A stretch of DNA of 60,000 nt. It comes from Vicugna vicugna. Lineage: Eukaryota. Location of the stretch: positions 1,118,001 through 1,178,000 of the forward strand of contig MU058714.1 in assembly GCA_013265495.1 (NCBI GenBank), given 5' to 3'. The notes beneath the pieces are model-generated. The model saw only the letters and a list, made by a program, of their open reading frames with translations, was not told the origin of the DNA and did no database searches. The position numbers and the translations under genes were made by a program. This document shows, piece by piece, positions 9,622 to 22,499 of the stretch; the stretch's first letter is position 1, and each line of letters begins with the position of its first letter.

Positions 9622-11889
9622 GTTGCCGCCCACACAGTCTGCCGCCTGGTGAACTGGGGCCGGTGGGAGGGGCAGGGAGTGTTGGGTGGCTCCTCCCTCT
9701 GGTCCCTGGAACACGGGGCACTTGAGGGCACCTGCCTGGGCCGGGCCACACGGGGACCAGGGTCAGGAGCCGGTGAGGTCCTCGCCCTGCCCAGCCGAGG
9801 GCAGTAGGTTGGCCTGGGCTCCAGCACCAGCCGGGGCAGGTCACCTCCGGGCAGCTGCCCGCAGTGAGGTGCAGGGCAGTTCTCTGCCCCCTCCTCCCTT
9901 CTAAGGGGTGCTGTCGGCCTCTCCTTGTTTACAGGGTTTGTGTGACCCCGTGGCTGGTGGCCGGCCGTCCAGGGGGGTGGTCTGGTGCCCGGGGTGGGGT
10001 CCAGTTTGGAGTCCTACGTCTAGGTGAGAAGCCAGTGCCCCAGGGGCGAAAAGGCAGCAGCAAGGAGGGAGACGTGGGCGTCCACCTCGGGGGGTGTGCA
10101 GGCCCTCCCCCCAGAGGGCACGGCGGGGTGCGGCCGTGCTGCCAGGTCTGAGAGGAGCGGAGGCCTGGGTTTTCGGGGGACAGCCTTGCTTTGTGTGAGG
10201 CCCCCTGTCAGGTGCAGTGCTCTCCTCTGCCGGGAGGGGGCGCTCTGCCAGCTCCAGTCTGACTGCTGGGTCCCACTGGCTTCTTTCTGGCAGTGCGTAG
10301 TGACTGTCCCCAGGACCCGGCGGGGCCCCTAGGGCAGTTCTGGTTGAGGAGGGGAAGCAGGCCCCAGGAGCTGGGGCGGGACTGAGATCTCATGTACCAA
10401 TCAAGCAGCCTTTTTCTTTGTGAAAGTTCATCCTGTGGACCTAGGAAGGAGGCCCTGCCCTGAGACCTAGCTGACCTTGAGCCGACTCATGGGCTCTGGC
10501 CTTGGAGGTCACCTGCCTCACAGGCCCTCTTGTAGCAGGGAGCCCCTCCTGCCATGAGGAAACACATTCTCCTGCCCATGCCGAGCCCTGGTCTTGGACA
10601 CCAGCCGCATGAGTGTGACCCAGCCTCCTGATCTGGGGGACGTAGGCCTCGTGACGATCACAAGCCAGTCGTGGTGGAGTGCAAAACCTGGGGCAGAGCT
10701 GGCATCTGCCCCAGACCAGTGGGGCCGGGGGGCCTTGGAGGGGAGGGGGAGCCTGGGAGCAGCCTGTGCCTGCTGGGTGGGAGAGGAGGAGGGGGGCTGT
10801 GATGACCATCTGACCAGAGAGGGGACTTGCTGGCAAGCTGGCAAGCTGGCACCCGGGAGGACAGGCGGGGGCAGTGGGGGAAAGGACCAGGCACCAGACG
10901 CTTGGCTGGAGGCACTTCCATCCACAGTGTGCGCAGTGTGGAGGTAGAGGGTGGGAGGGGGCTGGGAGAAGAGGGCACCAGGACTGGGTGTGGGGACAGA
11001 ATGGGATGTGCCCAGCATGGGGTGGGAGGGTGTCCTGGCCGCACTGTGTGCCCCACCCTGGAGAAGTGTTTGCCCCCTCCCCACCCACTGCTGCCCCATA
11101 GGGTCTCCCACTGACCCCCACCTGCCCCGGGGGAGAACTTGGTGATGATAGGTGGAGCGTGGGGCGTTGTCATGACGACACAGGGGCTTTGCCTTCCCAG
11201 GGGAGGCCCAGAGCCAGATTGCCAGCCACATCCCATGGGGATGGGGTTGGGAGGAGACCCCATCCCCCCTTCCATCTCTGCAGGTGCTCGGCTGCTGGGG
11301 GTGGGGCAGTGGGGCTGGGCCTGGGCCTGGGCCTGGCGGGAGCTGGCCTCATGGCCCAGGCTGGCCTTAACTGAGTAAGCCAAGACATCCGGCCTGGGGC
11401 ACCCCTGGGCCAGGACAGCCCTTTAGCGATGCCCACCATTCCTTGTGGCCCTGTGTCTGGGGCTCTCAGGAAATGGGAGCACTCCAGATCTCTTCCTTCG
11501 TCGTCCGTGCACCTGTCCCCAACCCCCCTGCACACAGCCGAGGGCCAGGTCTCGGGCTGGGGGGCCGTGGTGCCCTCCAGGGCTGCTCTCGCCGCCCGTG
11601 GTCTTGTCCCTGCGGAGTCTGAGACCTGGTCCTGGGAGGAAGGGGTACTCCTCCCCACCTGCACCTGAGGGCGGCACCGCCTGGTCTAGGGGTGCGAGGG
11701 GTTTGAGGGGTGTGAGTGACGCTGTCCTCTGGTCTGGCTTTTTGTGGGGGGAAGCGAACCTCACCTGAGAAGCAGAAGTTCTGAAATGAAGTCGGAGGAA
11801 CAAGAGCACAGGCAGCTGAGGACTGGAAGTCGCACCACGGGTGCGAGCTGCTTGGACCCTGAAGAGTGATGGCTTCACTTTGTTTCTGT

Positions 11890-13925
11890 GTTTTTTCGGG
11901 TAGAAGCTTCATTGAGATGAAACTCATAGCAGACAGCTCACCATGTAAGGTGCGCAGCTCAGGCTCCTTCACAGAGCTGTGCGGCCATCACCACGGTCGA
12001 TTTCAGAACAGCCCGTCGTCCCTGAGGAAGCCCTGTCCCCTCGGCTGGTGCCTGCGGCTCCCCTCCCCGCGGCCCCGCAGCCTCTGGTCTGCGTCCTGTC
12101 TCCGGTTTGCCGCTTCTGGACACGTGTAAACGGAGTCGCACAGTGAGCGGCCTTCCGCTTGGCGGGAGGGTTTGAGGCTCGGCCGTGCCGCGGCGAGCGT
12201 CAGGCTTCCGTCCTTTTCACGAACGGGTAATACTCCATTGTGTGGACGGAGCAGGTTTCATTTCTTTGTCCATCACCTGGTGGGCAATTTGAATTGTTTC
12301 TGCTGATTGGCTGTTAAGAATAGAGCTCTTGGGAGCATCTCTGAACAGGATTCTGTGAAGGCGTGTTTTCATGTCTTGGATGCAAACCTAGGAGTCGAGT
12401 CGCTGGGTCACAGGGTGACCTCGTTCAGCCGCTGAGGAGCTGCTGCGTGTTTTCCTAAGTGTCTGCACCATTTACGTCCCCAGCGGCCGCGTGCCCGGGC
12501 TCTGCCTGTCCCCCTCCTGCCAGCACTAGCTGTCTCCTGTCCCCTCCTCCTGGCCATCCTCGCGGGAGTCCGGGGAGGTCTCACTGTGGTTTTGCTGTGC
12601 ACTTTCCTACCGACTAGTGATGTGGAGCACCTTCCCGTGTGCTTGTGGGCCATCTGTACATCGTGGGAGGCATGTCTGCTTAGCTCGTCTGCCCACCTGG
12701 AAGCTGGGTCTTTAATTACGGAGTTGCAGGTGTTCTCTCTGTGTTCTGGATACTAGATTGTGACCAGATAGGAGATTTGCAAACACGTTCTCCCTTTCTG
12801 TGGGTTGTCTTCACATTTTTGATAACATCCTTGGAAACACAGCGTGTTTTTAATTCTGAAGAAGTCTCGTTTATCACTTTTCCTTTTGTTGCTTGTGCTT
12901 TTGGTGTCACATCTAAGATACCATTACCTAATCCAAGGTCATGGAGATGTAGGCTTTCTTTTCGGAGTTTTATAGCTCAGCTGTCACACTTAGGTCTTTG
13001 ATCCATTTTGAGTTACTTTTTGTATACGGTGCCAGGTTGGCAGCTCCGCTTCATTGTGTTGCGTGTGGATGTCCAGTTGTTCCAATGCCGTCTGAAAAGA
13101 CAGTTGCTTCCCCCATTGAATCCTTGGCACCTTTGTCGGATACCAGCCATCCATCCACATGTCTATCCTTATTGCAGCTTTTAGGTTTTGGGGGGTTTTT
13201 TTAGGGGTTTTTTTCATGGAGGGACTGGGGATTGAACCCAGGAGCTCGTGCACGCTGAGCACGGGCCCTGCCCTGAGCTGCACCCTCCCCTCCCCACTTC
13301 CTGCAGCTCTGCAGTAAGTTCTGACATCAGGAAGTGTGACTCCGCCCACTTCGTTCTTTTGGGGGTTGTATTAGCTGTCCTGGGTCCCTTGAATTTCCAC
13401 ATGAATTTCAGGATCAGCTCGTTAGTTTCTGAAAAGAAGCCGGGTGAGCTTGCGATGGAGCCGTGCCGGCTCCGCGGGTCAGCCCCGGGATGCTGTCGCC
13501 CGGAGACGCTGAGTCTCCCGAGCCGCGAAGACAGGGTCTTCCCGTCTGTTCATTAACTTCTCTCAGCAACGTCCTGCGGTTGTCGGAGTTTAGGTTTCAT
13601 GCTTCTTTTGTTAAACTTATGATTAAGTGGTTTTTTTTTGATGCTATTGTAAATTGAGCTTTTCCCCTTAATTTCAATTTCAGATTATTCATTGCAAGTG
13701 TATAGAGATATAACATTTTTGTATATTGATCTCGTGTCCTGCAACCGTGCTGAGCTTGCGTGTTAGTTCTGGTAGGTTTTTACTGGAATCCTTAAGGTTT
13801 TCTGTGTACGAGACAGTGTCATCTGCAAATAGAGGCAGTTTTACTTCCTCCCAGGCTGGGTGCCCTTGATTTCGTTTCCCTCGCCTGATCTCCCTGGCCA
13901 AGACCCCAGCACGGCGCTGGAGTGT
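11890..13925 (-). mobile_element. Old LINE-1 (L1M-type) 3' UTR and ORF2 remnant, GC-shifted
   Basis: Antisense frames give ORF2-like peptides (EEVKLPLFADD, GGVTLPDVRTY, MTPKAQATKGK), broken by stops and frameshifts. Confidence 0.85.
13180..13290 (-). mobile_element. tRNA-derived SINE (camelid Vic-1-like) inserted in L1
   Basis: Antisense B box ggggattgaacccagg, A-box remnant ctgagctg, T-rich tail. Confidence 0.8.
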
Positions 13926-15267
13926 CCCACTGTGTGTGCTTCTGTTCTGCCCCCTCCCGCAAGATACCAAGAACAGGGAGAACATCGTCCATACAAAGCT
14001 TCTCAGCAAAATCCAGCCCGTTTCTCCTTCCTTTCCCGCTTGTCCCTCCCTCCCCACCTTTCTCCTTTCTTCTCTCCGTTTCCTTGGGCCGGGGCCGGGG
14101 CTGGGGCTGGGGCAGGGGCAGGTGGCGCCTGCCCACCCGTCTTCAGGTCAGTCTTCATGATGTTCCAGGACCAGCCCTGAGACGTGAGCTCTCTCGTGGC
14201 GTGTTTGGGGTGGATCTGCTGCCCGGGGTGGACTGATGAGCAGCTCGGCGTCTGCGCAGTGGGGAGGCCCCCCAAGGCTGTGACTGGGGCCGGGAGGGGA
14301 ACAGGAGAGAACAGATCACGGAGCCCACACGCAAAGTGACGGCTGCAGTTGTGTTAACAAAGGACATGTAAAGACCCAGAAAGGCCAGTATAGGGAGGGG
14401 TTCACAGAAATCCTTGTTTGGCAGTGATGTGTTTTAGTAGGATCTGCGGGTGAACTGTGGGCGCAGCGGCTGTGTCCTCAGTGAGATCTGAGGCCTCCCT
14501 AATAGGACATCGCCCTCATGGGGTCCAGCGATCCCCTCGCCAGCCAACGTTTACAATGCCGCCCGTCAACATGGAAAGGCTGGATCTGAAGTTCTGCTTC
14601 AGGCACCAGCAGCTGCCGCAGAGAAGGGTGGGCACAGCTGTGACGTGGGTGCTGTGCTGGCCCGGCTCATACGACAGGCCTCCCCCCGCTGTCGCAGCAG
14701 CGGCGCCCCACACTTCCAGTGCTCGCCGGCTGGCCGGGCACGTGGCAGCCAGCGGGAGCCCCCCGTGGGCAGAAGGCGCGGGCCCCTGTGATTCTGCAGC
14801 CAGGGGGCTGCTTCGTGCGTCGTCCTGGTGTGTTTAGGAGCCACGGTTGAACACAGCACGTTCCTGAGTACAGCACTGTCTTCCTGCTGGACTGCCCTCT
14901 TCGCGGCCCGCTTGCTTCACTTATTCCTTAGGAAACATTTTCTTTCACAAATAGTGTGAAAGTAACCCACCCCCGTTTCTCTACATTAGCTCTAAACCAG
15001 TAGCATTTAAGTTAAGGTTAGCTGTTGATTTAAAGAAGCATCCGTCTGTCCGAGGGGACGCAGGCAGCTCCGTATTTTGGGGCGCTGTCCCGGAGGGGAG
15101 CCCTGTTCTGCCACAGAGAGGCCCCCGGGGCCCCTCCCTTGGGCCCACGGCCCGCGCGCCCGCGCCCGGGCCCAGCAGCCTCTCGTGGGCGGGGCGACAC
15201 GGGGCCAGGCTGCCCTCGCCCTCGGTGCGCGCGGGTCAGCGGGGAGGGAGTGGGCAAGCAGACATCG

Positions 15268-16011
15268 TTAATCTAAGTACAGCTGATTCACAATGTTGTG
15301 TTGATTTCAGGTGTACAGCATAGCGATACACTTGTATATATACGCTTTTTCAGATTTTCCATTATAGGTTATCACGAGGCATTGGTATGGTTCCCTGTGC
15401 TACATAGTGGGTCCTAGTTTATTTTATATCAAGCAGTATGTATCTGTTACGCTCAAATTCCTAATTTATCCTTCCCCTCCACCCCCCCTGGTAACCATAA
15501 GTTCATTTTTTATGTCTGTGAGTCTGTCTGTTTTGTAAGTAAGGTCATCTGTGTCATTTTTTTTTAGATTCCACATGTAAGTGGTGTCATATGATATTTA
15601 TCTTTCTCTGTCTGACTTACTTCACTTACTTTACTCTAGGTCCATCCATGTTGCTGCAAATGGCATTATTCCATTCTTTTTATGGCTGAATACTATTCCA
15701 TTGTATAAATATACCACTTCTTCTTTATCCAGTCATCTGTTGATGGACATTTAGGTTGTTTCCATGTCTTGGCTGTTGTAAATAGTGCTGCTGTGAACAT
15801 TGGAGTGCTTGTATCTTTTCTAATTAGAGTTTTTGTCTTTTTTGGTTATGTACCCAGGAGTGGGAATGCTGTATCATATGCTAACTCTATTTTTAGCTTT
15901 TTAAGGACCCTCCATACAGTCCTCTATAGTGGCTGCACCAATTTACATTCCAAACAGTGTAGGAGGGCTCCCTTTCCTCCACACCCTCTCCAGCATTTGT
16001 TATTTGTAGAC
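15268..16011 (-). mobile_element. Intermediate-age LINE-1 3' UTR and ORF2 C-terminus
   Basis: Typical antisense L1 3' end (ccatccatgttgctgcaaatggc...gatggacatttaggttgtttccatgtcttggct). Confidence 0.9.
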
Positions 16012-16789
16012 TTTTTTTTAAAAAAAAAAAAACTTATTGAGTTATAGTCGTTTTATGATGTTGTGTCAAATTCCAGTGTAGAGCAGTTTTTCAGTTATAC
16101 ATGAACATACATGTGTTCATTGTCACATTTTTTTTTCACTGTGAGCTACCACAAGACCTTGTATATATTTCCCTGTGCTACACACTATAATCTTGTTTAT
16201 CTACTCTGCATATGCCTGTCAGTATCTACAGATTTTGAACTCCCAGTCTGTCCCTTCCCACCCCCCTACCTTGGCAACCAGAAGTTTGTATTCTATGTCT
16301 GTGAGTATGTTTCTGTTTTGTATTTATGTTCCTTTTTTTTTTTAATTCCACATATGAGCGATCTCATATGGTATTTTTCTTTCTCTTTCTGGCTTACTTC
16401 ACTTGGAATGACATTCTCCAGGAACATCCATGTTGCTGCAAATAGCGTTATGCTGTCAGTTTTGATGGCTGAATAGTATTCCATTGTGTAAATAAACCAC
16501 ATCTTCTTTATCCAGTCATCTGTTGATGGACATTTAGGCTGTTTCCATGTCTTGGCTATTGTAAATAGTGCTGCTATGAACACTGGGGTGCAGGTGTCTC
16601 TTTGAAGTAGGGTTCCTTCTAGATATATGCCCAGGAGCGGGATTCCTGGGTCATACGGTAAGTCTATTCCTAGTCTTGAGGAATCTCCGTAATGTTTTCC
16701 ACAGTGGCTGCACCAAACTGCAGTCCCACCAGCAGTGAAGGAGGGTTCCCTTTTCTCCACAGCCTCTCCAGCATTTGTCATTTGCAGAC
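16012..16789 (-). mobile_element. Younger LINE-1 3' end, related to the 23655-26695 family
   Basis: Frame ends [25 protein letters not shown] as in the young L1; 3' UTR homologous to 26371-26690. Confidence 0.9.
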
Positions 16790-18190
16790 ATTCTGACCAG
16801 TGTGAGGTGATACCTCATTGTAGCTTTGATTTGCATTTCTCTGATAATTAACGATATTGAGCATCCTTTTATGTGCTTATTGGCCATTTGTATGTCTTCT
16901 TTGGAGAAATGTCTATTTAGATCTCCTGCCCACGTTTTGATTGTGTTGTTCGTTTTTTTCCTATTGAGCTATGTGAGCTGATTGTATATTTTGGAAATCA
17001 ATCCCTTATCAGTCACATGGTTTGCAAATATTTCGTTTTGTTGATGGTTTCCTTTGCTGTGCAAAAGCTTATAAGTTTGATTAGGTCCTATTTGTTTATT
17101 TTGGCTTTTACTTCCATTGCTCCAGGAGACAGATCCAAAAAATATTGCAGCAGTTTACGTCAAAGAGTGTTCTGCCTATGTTTTCCTCTAGGAGTTTTAC
17201 AGTATCCAGTCTTACATTTCGGCATCTAATCCGTTATTTTTGTGTGTGGTGCTAGAGAATGTTCTAATCTCAGTCTTCTGCAGGCAGTTGTCCAGGCTTC
17301 CCAGCACCGCTTATCGAAGAGACTGTCTTTTCTCCATTGTATAGTCTCGCCTCCTTTGTCGTAGATTAATTGACTGTAGGTGTGTGGATTTATTTCTGGA
17401 CTTCTGTCCTGTTTCGTTGATCTACGTGTCTGTTTTTATGCCAGTACCATGCGGTTTTGATTACTATAGCTTTGGGTCTAGTCTGAAGTCAGGGAGCGTG
17501 ATTCCTCTAGCTCCGTTCTTCTTTCTCAAGATAGTTTGGTTTCTTAGGGTCTTTTTTGTTTCCATACAAATTTTAAAATTACTTGTTCAAGTCTGTGAAA
17601 AATGTCATTGGTATTTTGGTGGGGATGGCCCTGAGTCTGTAGATTACTGTGGGTAGCGTGGTCGTTTTAACCACATCGAGCCTTCCAGTCCAGGAGCACG
17701 GCACACCTCTGCACCCACGTGTGGCACCTCGCAGCTCTCTGGGCGCGGGCCTCTGCCTCCTCGGGCAGGCCTGTTCCTAGGTGTCTCATCCCTTTTGACG
17801 CGGTGGTAAATGGGACTCGTTCCTTGATTTCTCCTTCGGATATTTTGTTGATATTCAAATGTAATTCTGATATTAGTGTGTAGAAATGCGACAGATTTCT
17901 GTACATGGATTTTGTACCCTACCACTGTCCCGAATTCCAGGAATGAAGAGCCCTAGGAGCTTCCTGCTGGCATCTTTAGGATTTCCTGTGGACTGTGCCA
18001 CGTCATCTGCAGACAGTGGCAGGTTTACTTCTTCTTTTCCAATTTGGATTCCTTTTATTTCTTTTTCTTCTCTGATTGCTGTGGCTGGGAATTCCAAAAC
18101 TGCTGAATAAACATGGCGAGAGCGGGCATCCTCGTCTTGTTCCTGATCTTACAGGGAATGCTGTCGGCTGTGGCTCCCACTATGCTGAGG
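16790..18190 (-). mobile_element. LINE-1 ORF2 remnant (RT to C-terminal region), 5'-truncated
   Basis: [61 protein letters not shown]. Confidence 0.9.
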
Positions 18191-18339
18191 CGTCCTCCCT
18201 CCGCGCCCGCAAACACACTGTAATTCTGGCTTGCGCGGCACACAGCCAGCAAGGGAGCCGAGCGCAGTGCGGCTCCAAGTTGTGAGTAAAGCTGAATCCT
18301 CAAAGCGGAAATGTTTACAGGTCAGTGACTTTGGGTTTT

Positions 18340-21300
18340 CTTCTGTTTTAAAGTAACAGATGGAGGGTCCAGCTCCCCTGTGGCAGCACAAGGCCCCCTC
18401 AGCGCACCTCTGTTGCTGCTACAACTGAAGCCCAAGGGGAAGAAGACGAAAGAAAAGCAACCCCCTGAGGGCTCTGAGGAGCGATCCCCAGCAGGTGGAT
18501 TGTGGAGGCGAGTCCAGACCTGCGGCCGTGACCCACACTGGGGAGGGGCTTCCATTTGTCTCCCCTTTCCCTTTTGCCCCAGGCATCCTCTGTCGCAGGA
18601 CCACACAGCAACACCAAACCCAAACCCTGATAGATCTGTCTTTCTGGCAAGAGGAACTCTGAGAGAGGAGCTGAGTTCTGGGATGTGCAGGGGTCCTGGA
18701 GAGGGGGAGCTGGGGAGGGGACCTGCACTCTGGGCGAAACGGTGCAAGTCCTGGGCTTGCCTCCAGGTTGCACACGCACAGGACAGACCCAATGCAGAAC
18801 GAAAAGCCTTTGACAGCTGAACTGACGTGGGACCCACTGGCCACTGAAGGCAGGCGGGGTTGTGGTCTGGACGAACCGGGCTGACGGGCTGCTGAGACAG
18901 AACAACATTCTCCAGGGGACTATCACAGACCAAGTCTACACAGCAGGACGGTCAGAATGTGACATCCCCACACCATGCAGGGGGAGAGAGAGTCAACAGA
19001 TGCCAGCTCAGAGACGGTCCAGGCGGTGGGATTATCAGAAACCTTGAAGCAGTTACTGTAACTGTGTCACACAGGTGAGGCCACACACACCTGTCACAGA
19101 GGGAAAGGTGGGACTTCTCAGCCGAAAAGCAGAAACCATGTCAACGAGCAAAAGGGAAACTTTAGAACTGAAAAATGCAATGCCAAAATCTGGAAAAGTG
19201 CTGAGCAGTTTAACAGCAGAAAGGAGATGACTGAGGAAAGACTCAGTGAACTTTAAGATAGAGCAACGGAAATTATCCAGTTGGGGAACAGAGAGAGAGA
19301 GACAGGATCAGCGGTGGCGGGGTGGCGGGCTGAGGCTCAGGAACCTGTGGGACAATGTCCGAAGCACTGATGTGTGTCATTAGAATCCCAGGAGGAGACG
19401 CGCAAGAGATTCTAGCAGAAAAGCTTCTGAAGAAATAATGGATGAAAATTTCCCACGTTGGTGAAGGACATTGATTTACAGGTTCAGAAAGCTTGGCCAT
19501 CAGTATAAATTCAAAGAGAAACATGCCTAGACAACTATGAGACAAAGTGGGGAGGTGGAGGAACCTCCGTGGGGATAAGGCCTCCACATTTTAGCTGAGC
19601 TGGTACACAGTAGATAAATTAAAGTGAAATAGTAAAAAGATTCTCAGATAATCCAGAAGAAGGCAGGAGAGGGGGATAGAGGAGCCAAGCAGAAAACAAA
19701 ACGGCAGGCCTAAATTCAGCTACTTTAATAATGACGTTAAATGTAAATGGTCTAAACAGACCAACTAAAGACAGAGACGGTCAACTTGGAATTAAAGAAA
19801 AATAACACCTTACTGTGTGCTGTCTACAAGAAGCCCACTTTAAAGACGAAGACCGGGGTAGGTTAACGGTAGACAGATGGGGGCAGCACACCGTGGCAAC
19901 ACGAGTCAGAGGAAATCTGGAGTGGTTATATTCATATCGCTGGAGTGACTACAAAATAATAAAAGAAGACGTAACAATCCTAAATGTGTACTTGCCTAAC
20001 AGTAGAACTTCAACATACAGGAAGCAAAACCTGACAACTGAAGGACAGATAGTCCCTTACAGATCAGACGCCCCTCCTTCGGTGAGAGACAGACGGTCGT
20101 CACGGATACGGAAGACCCGAGCAGCACCACCAGCCAGCTCGACCAGACTCGCGTGTGCAGCACGCTGCGCCGAACGACAGCAGAGCACACGTTCTGCTCA
20201 AGCGCGTGTGGCACGTTCACCAAGACGCCATGCTCTGGGCCACAAAAGAGACCTGAGCAAATGGTAAAGGATTGAAATTAAACAAAGCATGTTCTCTGAT
20301 TATAATGGAATTACTTCAGAAATCACTAACAGAGATCTGGAAAACGCACAGATATTAAATAGTTCATGAGTTAAAGAAGAAATCACAAGGGAAATAAGAA
20401 AACATTTTGAAGTGAAGAAAACGAAAACACAGCAGCATTTATGGATTGTAGGTAAAGCAGTGACTTTCCTCTAAGGGAAATTTATAATATTAAATGCTTA
20501 TTTTTTTAAGCTTCCAATCATCTAAACTTTCACCTTAATTAGGTAGGAAAAGAGCAAATTAAATCCAAAGTAATCAGAGCATATGAAGTAATAGCAGTGA
20601 AAGTGACAACAGAAACACTAAAGGAAAATCAATGAGAGCAAAAACCGCGATCATTTGAAAAGATCAGCTCTGATAAACCTTGAGCTAGACTGATCAGGAA
20701 AAGAAAGATACAAATTGCAACATCAGAAATGAAAGGGATGAAAACTGAACATCACTACAGACCCTATAAACATTAAAAGGATATTAAGGAAATATTAGTT
20801 TTATGCCCATAAATTCAACAATTTAGATGAAATGGGGAAATTCCTTGAAAGACACAAACTACCGAAGCTCAAACTGAACGCAAAGCTCATAGATAAACTG
20901 AATAGCCTTGTATCTCTTAAAGGAACTAAGTTCTACCAAACATTAAAGAAAGACTTCGTACCAATTCTGCACAAACTCTTAGAGAAAGTAGACGAGGAAG
21001 GAACATTGCTCAGCTTGTGTTATGAGGCCAGCGTTACCCTGCTACCAAAATCACATGAGGTCGTCACAAGAAACCGAAGGCCAATCCCCTCGTGAACACA
21101 GATGCAAAGCCCTCAACACGATGTTAACACTGAATCTAGTACCACATATAAGGGGGTCTTTGTCCTGGCATAGCCTGCTTGTTACAGGAAGAGTCACATG
21201 GGATTCATCCTGGGAATGTAAGGTTGGTTCAATCTTCAAATATCAATCAACATATTTTACCATTATCAACAGACTAAAGAAGAAAAACTGTGTCTCAGTA

Positions 21301-21590
21301 GACGCAGGAAAAGCATTTTACACACTCTTAGCAAACTCAGAACAAAGGGAACTTCTTTAACTTTATAAAAGGCATTTGCAAAAACCCTCTAACTAACACC
21401 ACACTTCATGCTGAAAGGCTGGATGCCTTCCCCGTAAGACTGGGAACAAGGAATCTGTAAGAAACCTACTAGAATTAGTCAGTAAGTTTAGCAAGGTAAC
21501 AGAATACTAGGTCAGTGTACAAAGTTCCATACGTGTTTCTGTTTAGTGGCAATGAACAAATGGAGACTGAAATTAAAATTTTAAATACAG
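18340..21590 (+). mobile_element. Ancient LINE-1 (L1M-type): 5' region, ORF1 and ORF2 remnants
   Basis: CCLQEAHFK and ILNVYLPN (endonuclease), MGKFLERHKLPKL and YEASVTLLPK; A-rich; 5' boundary uncertain. Confidence 0.8.
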
Positions 21591-22261
21591 GAAACCACCT
21601 TCTCAAGCAGGATGGCGCAGCGTATGGCAGATCAGTGCTCCTGCTAAGAACTAGAAAAGCTAGACAGAATAGATAAACCATCATAAGCAATGAAAATGAA
21701 CAGTTTAAGATCCCACAGCGGGCAGAACCACGGAAAGATGAGCTGACCATCTGCAGGCAGTGCTTGCCAAGCACTGATTCCCGCTGCGTTCAGTGACAAA
21801 ACTGGAGATTTGAGGGGCGTCTAATCATGACAGGAATGGAGACTTGGGGGCTGATCGTTCCTTCAAGGCTTTAACAAATTTGCAAGATGTGTGAAGATGC
21901 AAGTTAAAGAGCTAATGTGGGAACCCCGTCCATCCTTCAGTGCCAAGGACACAAGACCAGCGAGGGAGGCTGCGGTGCTCACCCGCGGCTTTCCGGCTCA
22001 TGTCCCGGAGGACCACCCCCTCGAAAGAGAAGCAGACAGACTTACCCAAACCACAAACCACCCCAAGTCCAGCTTCGCCCTGCGGAGGAAAAGGTTGACT
22101 CTTAACCTGCTGGAACAAATCATCTGGAGGAGGAGCTGCCAAACTTCCCTTAAAGAGCCAAACAGTGACTGTCTCGGGAGGTGTGGCCCCTGACTACCCA
22201 ACTCTGCCGCTGTGGGGCACTGTCGGCGCGGGGGTGCTGCGTGAGCAAGGGGGCAGGGCTG

Positions 22262-22325
22262 TGTACAATAGAACTTTATTCACAAAAACAGGTCTGGCCC
22301 TCAGGCTGTAGCTAGCTGACCCCTC
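22262..22325 (+). mobile_element. MER58-like hAT-Charlie fragment
   Basis: caatagaactttattcacaaaaacagg...ggccctcaggctgtag...ctgacccct resembles the recalled MER58A end. Confidence 0.55.
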
Positions 22326-22499
22326 GTCCGGTGCTCCCTCCAGCTCCCTCAGCTCTTCCAGCTGGGGAGCTGAGTTTTGGTCAGAAGCCTCAGAGGGGAG
22401 GCCCAGGTGCAGGCTGGTTGGCCTCCAGGGCGTCTCCAGGCTCACTTTCCCGATGGAGTTCTGAAATAAAGGTACTGAAATTCTACAGAAGTCTGGTTC

